Translations under genes and position numbers: made by a program
Notes under the pieces: model-generated
Databases searched by the model: none
Seen by the model: the letters and a program-made list of their open reading frames with translations, nothing else
Told to the model about the DNA's origin: nothing
Part shown: positions 8,947 through 18,081 of the stretch, piece after piece
How positions within the stretch are numbered: the stretch's first letter is position 1
How the letters are laid out: every line of letters begins with the position of its first letter
Source: an uncultured Actinomycetota bacterium
Lineage (GTDB): Bacteria; Actinomycetota; Actinomycetes; JAFAQI01
DNA: 64,000 bases
Assembly (NCBI GenBank): GCA_963770565.1
Contig: CAVYQE010000002.1
Coordinates: 480,001 to 544,000, forward strand
Direction of reading: 5' to 3'

Positions 8947-10035
8947 CTAGCGGGCGAGCGCGGGGGCGCTGATCCGCAGGCGGCGCAGACACCAGGCGGC
9001 CGGCGCCAGCGGCAACCAGACGTTGCAGACCCGGTAGGCGAACACCGCGATGACGGCGGCGGCGAGTGGCACGGTCATCCAGTGCATCGCGAACGGCATC
9101 AACGCCTCGGCCGCACCGGCTCCGGCGAACGGCAGGCTCCGCCTGGTCAACGCGTATCCGGTCGCGTAGCCGACCACCAGGACCTCGACCGGGACGGCAT
9201 GCTGCACGACCGCGAGACAGGCACCCAGCGCCGCGATGTCCGCCGCCCAGTACAGGGCCATCCCGCCCGCCGCCAGCAGCCCGTCCCGAGAGGTGACGAC
9301 GACCCGCACCATGGCGGCCACCGCATCAAGACTTCGACGCACCGCGCCCCACAGCCAACCCGTCACCGGCAACCACCGCCGTACGACGAAAAGAAGGCCA
9401 ACGATGAGCGCTCCGACGGGTACGCCGATCAACCACGACAACACCACGCCACCGCGAGCCGGGAAGTTCTCCACGAACAGCAGGACCGCGCAGATGAACG
9501 CGGCAGGCGCAAGAAGGCCGTACTCGAGCATGCCCAGCGTCAGCACCCGGCCGCGAGCCGCGGGCTCGGACAGGCCATGTTCGCGCCAGAGCCCCTGGTC
9601 AAGGGTGAAGCCGGCGCGCGGGGTCAACATCCCGAAGCCGGCCAGCACCGAAATCCCGAGCCGGCGGATCGACACAGACGGGCCGCCGCTACTGCGCAGC
9701 ACCTCTCGGTAGGCGAGCGTGTAGCCGAGGTGGCTGACCGCCACACAGCCGATCGCGACCGGCAGCCAGACCCAGTCCGCCGCCGAGGCGAGCTGGGACA
9801 TCGCGCCGAAGCCCGCTACCCAGCCAACGCCCGCAAACGCTCCCGCCGCGAGTGCGGTCCCGACCAGTACGGCCGCGAACATTCCGGTCGGCGTGACCCG
9901 CCGATGGTGACCGGCCAGCCAGGCCGCGATGCTCTCCTGGACCCGCCGGCGGCCGGAGACCGGCCGGTGCTCGTCGCCCATCGGTTCAGCAGCCTCACCG
10001 GGGCTCATGCGCACGAGCCTGACACCTCGCTCCAT
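8947..10035 (-). CDS. Lysylphosphatidylglycerol-synthase TM-region (flippase-like, UPF0104) membrane protein
   Basis: Multi-TM; LYWAADIAALGACL, PFAGAGAAEALM, AVFAYRVCNVWLPL motifs; start uncertain. Confidence 0.75.
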   Translation of the reverse strand: MERGVRLVRMSPGEAAEPMGDEHRPVSGRRRVQESIAAWLAGHHRRVTPTGMFAAVLVGTALAAGAFAGVGWVAGFGAMSQLASAADWVWLPVAIGCVAVSHLGYTLAYREVLRSSGGPSVSIRRLGISVLAGFGMLTPRAGFTLDQGLWREHGLSEPAARGRVLTLGMLEYGLLAPAAFICAVLLFVENFPARGGVVLSWLIGVPVGALIVGLLFVVRRWLPVTGWLWGAVRRSLDAVAAMVRVVVTSRDGLLAAGGMALYWAADIAALGACLAVVQHAVPVEVLVVGYATGYALTRRSLPFAGAGAAEALMPFAMHWMTVPLAAAVIAVFAYRVCNVWLPLAPAAWCLRRLRISAPALAR

Positions 10036-10135
10036 CGTCGTCTAGGCCGTCGGGCGTCGCCTTGGCCGCTTAGTTTCCCGCTGATATCGGCCGGCAACCG
10101 GCCAAACCAAAGACCCGGCTGGGCCGATCATCCGC

Positions 10136-12361
10136 TCAGGTCGGCCGCGCGGCCGACGACACAGACGTCCTGGTGTCACCCGCCGAAGCGGGCAGGCCGT
10201 CGCGCAACGCCGTACGAAGGGCGGCGATCGGAAGCGGCTTCGACCAGACGAAGCCCTGACCGACCGAGCAGCCGCTCTCGCGTAGCCACTGCGCCTGGCC
10301 GGCGTCCTCGACGCCTTCGGCGATCGTCTCCAGCTGGAGGCTCTTGCCGATCGCGATGATCGCCTCGGTCACCGCCGCGGCCTGCGGGTCGATCGTGATG
10401 CGGTCGACGAACGACTTGTCGATCTTGAGGATGTCCACATCGAGATGGCTCAGATAGGCCAGCGAACTGTATCCGGTCCCGAAGTCGTCGATCGCGATCC
10501 GCACTCCCATCCCGCGCAGCGCCGCCAGCCGGGGCGCGACCGCCTCGAAGTCGCCGAGCACCGCGCTCTCGGTGATCTCGAGCACTAGTTGCCCCGGCCG
10601 GACCCCGTTGACCCGCAACGCCTCGGCGACGGTCGGCACCAGCTCGGGATGGTCGAGGTAAGCCACCGAGACGTTCACCGACATCGTGATCGCGCGCGGG
10701 TCGTCCTGCAGCTCTGCCGCCGTACGGCACGCGGTCATCAGCACCCAGCGATCCAAGGACGTGATCAGCCGGGTCTCCTCAGCCATCGGGACGAAGCTCA
10801 CCGGCGGCAGCAGACCGCGGGTCGGGTGCTCCCAGCGGATCAGCGCCTCGACACCCGTGATGTCGCCGGTCGCAAGGTCGATCTCCGGCTGGTAGTGCAA
10901 CACCAGCTCGTCGCTGCGCAACGCGTGTTGAAGATCCGCGCGCAGCTGCAACCGCTCGAGCGCCTCGGTGTGAAGTCGCGACTCGTAGACCGCCGTCGTG
11001 GACTTCCCACTTTCCTTGGCCCAATACATCGCTAGGTCGGAGTTGCGCAGCGCGTCCTCTGCGGTGACCTCGCCGGGGATCGCGAGCGTGATGCCGATGC
11101 TCGCACTGATCTGCACCGTGACCGCGTCGAGGACGATCGGTGCCGAGATCGCCTCGATCAACCGCTCGGCCGCCTGCTTGGCCTCCTCGATCGTCGCGCC
11201 TTCGAGCAGTACGGCGAACTCGTCGCCACCGACTCTGGCGACCGTGTCCCCCGCCCTGAGCAAGTCGCCGATCCGGGAGCCGATCTCGGCGAGCACCTTG
11301 TCGCCGATCCCGTGCCCGAGGCTGTCGTTCACCGTCTTGAAGTCGTCGAGGTCGACGAACAACACTGCCTGCGGCTCCATCCGGTCGCCGCGGCGCTCGA
11401 GTGCGTGCGCCAGCCGGTCGGCGAACAGCCGTCGGTTGGCCAGGCCGGTCAGCGAGTCGTGCAAGGCCTGATGCGTCAGCTGCTCCTCCAGCATCCGTCG
11501 CTCGGTGACGTCACGCAGCGTGACCACGATCCCGCCGACCGCCGGGTCGTCGAGCAGGTTGCGGATGACGCCTTCGGCGTGGATCTGGTCTCTGCCCGAG
11601 CGGCGGACCCGGACGTTCAGCGGCTGCTCACTGTCGGGCGACGTCGTGGTCAGGACCTCGACGAAGTGGTTGATGTCGTCCGGATGGAGCAGGTCGGTGA
11701 AGCGACTGGCGAGCAGCGCCTCGGGCGCGGCTCCGAGTACCGAGGCCGACGACGGGCTGACGTAGGCGATGGTCGACTCGAGGTCGATGACGGCAATGAC
11801 GTCCGAGGCGTTGCGGACCAGCGAGGCCAGCTTGGCCTCGCCCGCGGCGTGCGCCGTCTGTTCCGTCAGCGTGCGCTGCAGCTCCCGCTGCTTGCGCACG
11901 ACCCGGCGGAACCAGCCGAACCAACCGATCGAGGCGAGCGCGAGCAGTACGACGTAGATCGTCTCGGCCTCGTCGTCGATGTCGCGCTGGCGGTTTGCGA
12001 GCGTCGTGCCGAGCGCGTTGTCGGCCGAGCGGACCCGGTCGAGCGCGGCCACGCTGGTCGGCTGGGTGGTCAACGTCCTCGCGGCAGCACGCAAGGGAGC
12101 CAACTCGTGGCTCGAGACGCCATCCGCGTTGAGGGCCTGGATCGCCTGGTCGACCTGCGCGATGACCGGCGCGGTCGGCGTATGGACCGCCCAGAGCGTG
12201 CCGGCGAGCTGCGCCTGAGTCACCCGCTGGCGGTGCACATCAGCCGGCCGCCGGTAGACCGCGGTCAGCAGCACGAACTCCCCGAAGACCACGAGCAGGA
12301 CCGCGGTCACGGTCAGGCTGGAGCGCAGCCGTCGCCGGAACTCCGTCGCTGCCATGGTCAC
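10136..12361 (-). CDS. PAS-GGDEF-EAL c-di-GMP enzyme with two TM helices
   Basis: PAS (LLHPDD), HDSLTGLANR, RAGD/GGDEF, EALIRW, DDFGTGYSSL, KIDKSF, EGVE, QGF. Confidence 0.95.
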   Translation of the reverse strand: MTMAATEFRRRLRSSLTVTAVLLVVFGEFVLLTAVYRRPADVHRQRVTQAQLAGTLWAVHTPTAPVIAQVDQAIQALNADGVSSHELAPLRAAARTLTTQPTSVAALDRVRSADNALGTTLANRQRDIDDEAETIYVVLLALASIGWFGWFRRVVRKQRELQRTLTEQTAHAAGEAKLASLVRNASDVIAVIDLESTIAYVSPSSASVLGAAPEALLASRFTDLLHPDDINHFVEVLTTTSPDSEQPLNVRVRRSGRDQIHAEGVIRNLLDDPAVGGIVVTLRDVTERRMLEEQLTHQALHDSLTGLANRRLFADRLAHALERRGDRMEPQAVLFVDLDDFKTVNDSLGHGIGDKVLAEIGSRIGDLLRAGDTVARVGGDEFAVLLEGATIEEAKQAAERLIEAISAPIVLDAVTVQISASIGITLAIPGEVTAEDALRNSDLAMYWAKESGKSTTAVYESRLHTEALERLQLRADLQHALRSDELVLHYQPEIDLATGDITGVEALIRWEHPTRGLLPPVSFVPMAEETRLITSLDRWVLMTACRTAAELQDDPRAITMSVNVSVAYLDHPELVPTVAEALRVNGVRPGQLVLEITESAVLGDFEAVAPRLAALRGMGVRIAIDDFGTGYSSLAYLSHLDVDILKIDKSFVDRITIDPQAAAVTEAIIAIGKSLQLETIAEGVEDAGQAQWLRESGCSVGQGFVWSKPLPIAALRTALRDGLPASAGDTRTSVSSAARPT

Positions 12362-12467
12362 GGGCCTCTCGAGCCGGAAGTGTCGGCCTAGGAGTTGTCG
12401 ACCCGGCGGCGCCGGTAGTTAAGGCATCGCGGTCATAACGGACACTTCAGGGCAAGGGTCGAAGCGG

Positions 12468-12851
12468 TCAGCCGAGCACGGCTTCGGCCTCGATCTCGAC
12501 CCGCCAGCGCGGATCGAGCAGCCCGGACACCACCACCATCGTCGCCGCCGGACGGTGCGCGCCGAAGACCTCGCCGTGTGCCGTGCCGACCGCGTCGGCG
12601 TCTGCCACGGCGGTGATGAACATCCGGGTCCGGATCACGTCGGTCGGCCCCGCGCCCGCCTCCGCCAGCGCGGCGATGATGATCTCGAGGCAGCGGCGGG
12701 CCTGCACCCCGGCGTCGTCCGGGCAGGAGCCGTCGGGCCACACCGGCGCAGTCCCGGAGACCGCGACCCGGTCGCCCACCCGGACCGCTCGGCTGAACCC
12801 GATCACCGGCTCGAACGGCGACCCCGACCTGACCCGCTGCCACTCGGCCAT
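12468..12851 (-). CDS. RidA/Rid family protein
   Basis: SGSPFEPVIGFSRAVRVG...VSGTA...HRPAATMVVVSGLLDPRWRVEIEAEA; AAGGAG RBS. Confidence 0.92.
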   Translation of the reverse strand: MAEWQRVRSGSPFEPVIGFSRAVRVGDRVAVSGTAPVWPDGSCPDDAGVQARRCLEIIIAALAEAGAGPTDVIRTRMFITAVADADAVGTAHGEVFGAHRPAATMVVVSGLLDPRWRVEIEAEAVLG

Positions 12852-12886
12852 CTGCGCTCCTTCGTCGTACCGGACCGCAGCATCTC

Positions 12887-13699
12887 CTACCGAAGCGGAA
12901 CGCTCAGATCGCAGGTCAGCGTGTCGGGCGTCGCGGTGCGCTGATCTGCGATCAGGACTTGGCGCAGTGGCCCGGCCGGTCGCCGCTGGTGAGCGTCGAC
13001 CCATCGCTCGAGCGCATCGCAGGCCGGGAGCATCGCCGGCCAGGCGACGTCTCTTTTCGGCAGCCGGATGTAGGCCTCATCATGCGCTGGTTCGATCCGT
13101 CGCTCGATGCCGCTCGAGGTGTCCGCGGCCGGATCACCGGCCCCGCCGGCAACCGGACGGCACAGCTCGATCGGACCGTCGCTGTCCGCACTCACCTCGC
13201 CATAGAAGACGAGGAACGGCACGCCGGCGATCCCGGCAACGCCCGGCCCGGCCGCCCGCAGTCGCGCAAACGCGTCACCGAAGAACTCGTCGGTGCCCCC
13301 GAGATAGACGTGGCGGTTGATCGCGAGCAGCGTGCGCTCCGGCATGGTTCGGACTTCGATCTGGTAGCGCACAGGGTCTTCTCCGGTCAGTCGGCGCTCG
13401 AGGTAGTCGGCAAGCAGTCGCCGCTCGACGGTGGCGGACTCGACCCCGGACCAGTACGACGCAACCGCCTTGGCGGCATCGGCCGGATCGAGTGCGAGCA
13501 CCGTCGAGATGGTCGCGAGCGGCATGTCGAGGCGGCGGAGCATCCCGACCAGGCGGGCCGGCTCGACCTGGTCGACCGAGTACAACCGGTAGCCGGAGTC
13601 GGGGTCGACCTGCGCCGGCACGACCAGGCGCAGCCGGTCGTACAAGCGCAGTGCCTTGATCGACAGCCGGGTCTGCTCGGCGAACTCACCGATCGTCAT
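12887..13699 (-). CDS. MerR family regulator with GyrI-like effector domain
   Basis: MTIGEFAEQTRLSIKALRLYD...VDPDSGYRLYS...LRRLDMPLATI; start may be up to 45 nt upstream. Confidence 0.9.
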   Translation of the reverse strand: MTIGEFAEQTRLSIKALRLYDRLRLVVPAQVDPDSGYRLYSVDQVEPARLVGMLRRLDMPLATISTVLALDPADAAKAVASYWSGVESATVERRLLADYLERRLTGEDPVRYQIEVRTMPERTLLAINRHVYLGGTDEFFGDAFARLRAAGPGVAGIAGVPFLVFYGEVSADSDGPIELCRPVAGGAGDPAADTSSGIERRIEPAHDEAYIRLPKRDVAWPAMLPACDALERWVDAHQRRPAGPLRQVLIADQRTATPDTLTCDLSVPLR

Positions 13700-13747
13700 C
13701 AACGCCACGCCGACCTCCGCCTCGGGCGCCAACCGCCCGACCACCTG

Positions 13748-13778
13748 ATCGTGCGGCCTACCCCTGGGTCAGGGTCAA
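13748..13778 (-). promoter_or_regulatory. MerR-type promoter with 19-bp spacer and internal dyad
   Basis: TTGACC - CTGACCCAGGGGTAGGCCG (19 nt) - CACGAT; imperfect dyad CCTGACCC/GGGGTAGG. Confidence 0.7.
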
Positions 13779-13804
13779 GCGCCGACCGGCGCGAGCAGTC
13801 GGGC

Positions 13805-14428
13805 TCAGCCTCGGGTTGCCGACGCCATGAACTCGGCCCGAGCCGAAGGATCATCGCGAAGTACGCCGAGCAGCGCGGATGTCGTGGTGTGTGCGCCGCG
13901 CGCTTGGGCACCGCGCATCGTCATGCACGAATGCTCCGCAACGACGACCACGCCGACGCCGAGCGGACCGAGCTCGTCGTCGAGCCAGCGCGCGATCTGC
14001 ATCGTCATCCGTTCCTGCACCTGCAGCCGCCGGGCGAAATAGGCGACTACGTGCGCCAGCTTGGACAGCCCGAGCAGGCGGGTGCCGGGCAGGTAGCCGA
14101 CCGTTGCCTCCCCGGTGAACGGCAGCAGGTGGTGCTCACACAGCGACGTGAACGGGATGTGCGAGACGACGACCAACCCTTCGTACTGCTCGTCGTTGGG
14201 GAACGTGGTCGCCACGAACGGGCGCGGGCTCAGCAGCTCCGCGTAGGCCGCCGCCACCCGGCGCGGAGTGTCGCGCAGCTCATCGCGGTCGGGGTCGGCA
14301 CCGATTGCGCGCAGTAGAGCGCGAGCGGCCACCTGCGCGGCCGCAAGGTCGACCGGCGACTGGTCCTCGGACTGCTCGGCGGAGTCGATCTCGTCCGGCT
14401 CGGCGGTGTGGAGGGCGGCGAGCGTCAC
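13805..14428 (-). CDS. folE: GTP cyclohydrolase I
   Basis: TPRRVA, SLCEHHLLPF, LGLSKL, RRLQVQERMT, AEHSCMTMRG. Confidence 0.96.
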   Translation of the reverse strand: MTLAALHTAEPDEIDSAEQSEDQSPVDLAAAQVAARALLRAIGADPDRDELRDTPRRVAAAYAELLSPRPFVATTFPNDEQYEGLVVVSHIPFTSLCEHHLLPFTGEATVGYLPGTRLLGLSKLAHVVAYFARRLQVQERMTMQIARWLDDELGPLGVGVVVVAEHSCMTMRGAQARGAHTTTSALLGVLRDDPSARAEFMASATRG

Positions 14429-15009
14429 GACGACGCCTCACTGTGATCGCCAGGGAAGGCGTCGACCTCGCTCTTGTGCCACACCGGCGAATCGCCCGCA
14501 GTCTCGACGTTGAACCCGTAGTCATAGACCAGCGTCCCGCCGTACGTCGCACCCACCGAGACGCCGGCCGCCGCGATCACCGAGAGCACCACAACTATTC
14601 CGGGTGCGGCGGGCCGGTCCTGGTAGTGCAGGGTCCGTAGCCCAAGGTCGATCAGGACCAGCACGGTCACCGAGATCATCGTGATGGCATGCGAGTTGAT
14701 CGTCCGGCGAGCCTGGGTGCCCGGCTCGCTCGACCGGCTCCAGTCCGCCCAGCCGGTGAGGGCGGCGAGCAGCGAGACCGCTGCGCCTCCGAGCATCACC
14801 CAGGTGCCGGCGACGAACAGCTGCCGGCCCACGATCGGATGGCTGCCCTTCACCGCGATCGACAGGACGTCGAAGGCCGCAGCGAACAGGTACGCCGTCA
14901 CCGGGACGTCGGTGAGCGGCGGGTGGAACGGCTTGCCGGCGTACCCCCGCAGCCCCTTGAACGCGCGCCCCTTGGTGGTCAGCGTCGGCCGAAACGCGAA
15001 ATGTCGCAT
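14425..15009 (-). CDS. DUF2231 family membrane protein
   Basis: GKPFHPPLTDVP...AALTGWADW...INSHA...GATYGGTLVYDYGFNV; stop overlaps folE start (GTGA). Confidence 0.85.
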   Translation of the reverse strand: MRHFAFRPTLTTKGRAFKGLRGYAGKPFHPPLTDVPVTAYLFAAAFDVLSIAVKGSHPIVGRQLFVAGTWVMLGGAAVSLLAALTGWADWSRSSEPGTQARRTINSHAITMISVTVLVLIDLGLRTLHYQDRPAAPGIVVVLSVIAAAGVSVGATYGGTLVYDYGFNVETAGDSPVWHKSEVDAFPGDHSEASS

Positions 15010-15042
15010 GGGACCCTTCCCTGGACGGCGTGCCCGGTTGGT

Positions 15043-15070
15043 TCTATAGTCAGTCAACATTGTTTTTAGA
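15043..15070. promoter_or_regulatory. AT-rich imperfect palindrome, candidate operator of the adjacent regulator
   Basis: TCTATAGTCAGTCAACATTGTTTTTAGA, 8 of 12 arm positions symmetric, in divergent intergenic region. Confidence 0.55.
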
Positions 15071-15081
15071 GGCTGGAGGCG

Positions 15082-15813
15082 GTGTTGTCAACTTCACGGC
15101 CGGAATCCACCCAAGGCTCAACCGGCTGGGACACCGTCCACCTGCTCTCCGAACCCACCAGACGGCTGGTCTACGAGACCGTGCGCCGGGCCGACGGGCC
15201 GCTGAGCCGCGATGACGTCGCCGCCCGCACCGGGGTGAACCGACGCCTGGTGAGCTTCCACCTCGACCGGCTCGCCGATGCCGGGCTGCTGGACGTCAGT
15301 TTCGCCCGCCCGACCGGCCGGACCGGACCCGGCGCAGGGCGGCCGGCCAAGCAGTTCACCGCTAGGGATGCGGACGTCGACATCACCATCCCGCCGCGAC
15401 GCTACGACCTCGCTGCGCGCGTGCTTGCCGAAGCCGTCGACACGGTCGGCGCCGGTGCGGACGTCCGGGCGCACGCCCTCGGCGTAGCCCGCGCCCATGG
15501 GCATCGGATCGGCGAGCTGCGGGCGCCCGGTGGCCGGATGACCTCGGCTCGATCCGTCGCGCTGGCGATTACCACCCTCACCGACCTCGGCTACGAGCCC
15601 GAGCGCGACGCTTCACAGGTGCGGCTGCGCAACTGCCCGTTCGACGCGGTCGTCGACGTTGCGCCGACCCTCGTCTGCGAGGCAAATCTGCGCCTCGTCG
15701 ACGGCATCCTCGACGGGCTGGGCGCGACCGAGCTCCAAGCCCGGCTGGTCGGACCCTGCGACGGCTGCTGCGTCGCGGTCGAGATTCACGAGGGCGTGAC
15801 CGCCGGCCGCTGA
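15082..15813 (+). CDS. ArsR-like HTH regulator with Cys-rich C-terminal domain
   Basis: EPTRRLVYE...FHLDRLADAGLL...GAGRPAK...RRYDLAA...LRNCPF...LVCEAN...PCDGCCV. Confidence 0.88.
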   Translation: MLSTSRPESTQGSTGWDTVHLLSEPTRRLVYETVRRADGPLSRDDVAARTGVNRRLVSFHLDRLADAGLLDVSFARPTGRTGPGAGRPAKQFTARDADVDITIPPRRYDLAARVLAEAVDTVGAGADVRAHALGVARAHGHRIGELRAPGGRMTSARSVALAITTLTDLGYEPERDASQVRLRNCPFDAVVDVAPTLVCEANLRLVDGILDGLGATELQARLVGPCDGCCVAVEIHEGVTAGR

Positions 15814-15831
15814 CGCGTTTTCCCCACCTCG

Positions 15832-16164
15832 CTACAGCGGGGGGTGCACGTGCTCCTGGTACGACGGGTGGCGCTCGACGAAGTCCCGGATGAACGGGCA
15901 GCTCGGGGTGATCACCTTGCCCTGCGCGATCACATCGTCGAGGGCCGCTCGCGCCAACGCAGTGCCGACCCCGTGCCCCTCGAACCGCGGATAGACCTCG
16001 GCGTGGGTGAACACGACCCGGTCGCCGGCAACGACGTACGTCGTCAGGCCGGCGAGCTCGCCACCGACCCGCACCTCGTAGCGGCGGGCCGCCTGGTTGT
16101 CGGTCACGACGACCTCAGGGGGAGCGTCGTCCGGGGCCGGAGCCATCGCTGAATTCTCGCTCAT
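15832..16164 (-). CDS. Small GNAT (YjdJ-like) N-acetyltransferase
   Basis: RRYE...FTHAEVYPRFEGHGVGTAL...ITPSCPFI; ATGA overlap with upstream MFS. Confidence 0.88.
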   Translation of the reverse strand: MSENSAMAPAPDDAPPEVVVTDNQAARRYEVRVGGELAGLTTYVVAGDRVVFTHAEVYPRFEGHGVGTALARAALDDVIAQGKVITPSCPFIRDFVERHPSYQEHVHPPL

Positions 16165-17639
16165 CGGGGCGCGGTCGTCGGCGGCGCGGTCGTGGACGTC
16201 AGCGGCGGCGCGGTCGCGCCGACGCACGGCTGCGACAACCGGGGGTGGTCGGCGATGTGATCGTGGGTGTTCGAGATCGCCAGCCCGGCGATGACCGCAC
16301 CAAGTGCGCACAGACCGCCGGCGGCCACACTGGCGATCCGATACCCGTGGGCGAAGACGGCGGGGTGGAGGTAGGCATCCCCCGTCAACCCGGACACCGC
16401 CGGCAGGATCGCGACGGCAAACAGGCCGGCCGCGCGCGCGACGTCGTTGTTCACCGCTGAGGCAAGACCGGCATGCTCGCCCGGCGCCGAGCTCATCGCG
16501 GTCGAGGTCAACGGCGCGACCGTGATCACCAGTCCCGCGCCGAGCAGGACGATGCCGGGCAGAACCCCGCTCCAGTACGAATGGTCGGTGGTGAGCCGTG
16601 CGAGCAGCACCAGGCCGACCCCGGCGACCAGCGGGCCGGCCGACATCTGCAGGCGCGGCCCGATCCGGGTCGCGAGCCGTCCCGAAGCGGCCGACAGCGT
16701 CAACATCAGCACGGTCACCGGAATCAAGGTGAGGCCGGCATCGAGCGGGCTGTATCCGGCGACCTGCTGAAGCGCCACCGGCAACAGGAACAACGCGCCA
16801 CCCAAGGCCCCGTAGACGCAGAACGTGACCGCGTTGGTCGCCGCGAACTGCCTGGCTGCGAACATCGACGGTGGCAGCATCGGTGCCGCGGACCTTCGCT
16901 CGGTGATCGCGAACGCGGCCGTCGCGACCACACCGACGATGAGGCAGCCAATGACGGCAGCGCTCCCCCAGCCGTCGGCGGGAGCCTCGATCAATGCGTA
17001 AATCAACGTCGACAACGACAGCACCGCCCACACCGCGCCCGGGACATCGATCCGGCCGGTGGCGGCCGCCGTCGACTCGGGAACGTGACGGCGAGTGATC
17101 TCCAGAACGGCCGCGGCGAGCGGAAGGTTGATCAGGAACACCAGCCGCCACGACCCGACCGAGAGCAGGTATCCACCGAGCAGCGGTCCGGCCGCCGTTG
17201 CGAATGCGCCGAGTCCCGACCAGGCGCCGATCGCCCTCGACCGATCATCGGGGACGAACGAGCTCTGCAGGATTGCCAGGCTCCCCGGCGTGAGCAACGC
17301 CGCACCGACTCCTTGCAGGGCGCGGGCTGCGATCAGGGTCGTGGCGGTCGGGGCGGCCGCGCACGCACCCGACGCAATCGCGAACCACACCACACCGATC
17401 GCGAAGACCTTTCGCCGGCCGTAGCGGTCACCGAGCGTCCCACCGAGCAAGAGGAACGCGGCCAGCGTCAGCGTGTACGCCGTGACCACCCATTGCAGTG
17501 CCGAAACTCCCGAGTGGAAGTCCTTGCCGATCCGTGGCAGTGCGATCCCCACCACGGTCGCGTCCAGCAGCGCCAGCCCCGAACCGAGCACCGTGGCGAC
17601 GACGACCCAGCGGCCGCGAGCGCTCTTGTACGTCAGCAC
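16161..17639 (-). CDS. DHA2-type 14-TM MFS efflux transporter
   Basis: LDATVVGIALP, GGTLGDRYGRRK, ARALQGVGAAL, WRLVFLINLP. Confidence 0.93.
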   Translation of the reverse strand: MLTYKSARGRWVVVATVLGSGLALLDATVVGIALPRIGKDFHSGVSALQWVVTAYTLTLAAFLLLGGTLGDRYGRRKVFAIGVVWFAIASGACAAAPTATTLIAARALQGVGAALLTPGSLAILQSSFVPDDRSRAIGAWSGLGAFATAAGPLLGGYLLSVGSWRLVFLINLPLAAAVLEITRRHVPESTAAATGRIDVPGAVWAVLSLSTLIYALIEAPADGWGSAAVIGCLIVGVVATAAFAITERRSAAPMLPPSMFAARQFAATNAVTFCVYGALGGALFLLPVALQQVAGYSPLDAGLTLIPVTVLMLTLSAASGRLATRIGPRLQMSAGPLVAGVGLVLLARLTTDHSYWSGVLPGIVLLGAGLVITVAPLTSTAMSSAPGEHAGLASAVNNDVARAAGLFAVAILPAVSGLTGDAYLHPAVFAHGYRIASVAAGGLCALGAVIAGLAISNTHDHIADHPRLSQPCVGATAPPLTSTTAPPTTAPR

Positions 17640-17648
17640 GGCGTGCGG

Positions 17649-18068
17649 TCAAGCCTTGGCGTCCACGTCGGCAAGCCCTTTGCGGATCGTGCGCTCGATC
17701 CCCGGCTTGACCAGCCGATCCAAGCCGGGCACCACCGCACCGAACTCGATCACATAGTGCAGATGCGACCCGCTACCGCGCGTGGAGAAGCGCATCGAGC
17801 CGCGGTGATTGCGCAGCGGGCTGCCCTTGGTAATCCGGTAGTCGATCCGCTCGTTCGGCACGGCATCCGTCACGGTTTCCTGGAAGGGCGGCAGAATCGC
17901 GATGCGAAGAGTACGGACCGAACCGGTGCCGTTGCGAGAGGTGTCGCCGTCCCGGACCCGGGTGATCTTGGCACCGAACACGGGCTCGAGGTTCTCGTGC
18001 TCGGCAAGGTAGGCATAGACCCGGTCCACCGGAAGCGCGAAGTCGTAGTCGATCTCGATCCGCTCCAT
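17649..18068 (-). CDS. SRPBCC/polyketide-cyclase fold protein
   Basis: PVDRVYAYLAEHE...GTGSVR...QETVT...PNERIDYRI...LRNHRG. Confidence 0.8.
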   Translation of the reverse strand: MERIEIDYDFALPVDRVYAYLAEHENLEPVFGAKITRVRDGDTSRNGTGSVRTLRIAILPPFQETVTDAVPNERIDYRITKGSPLRNHRGSMRFSTRGSGSHLHYVIEFGAVVPGLDRLVKPGIERTIRKGLADVDAKA

Positions 18069-18081
18069 TCGGCGACGATAG

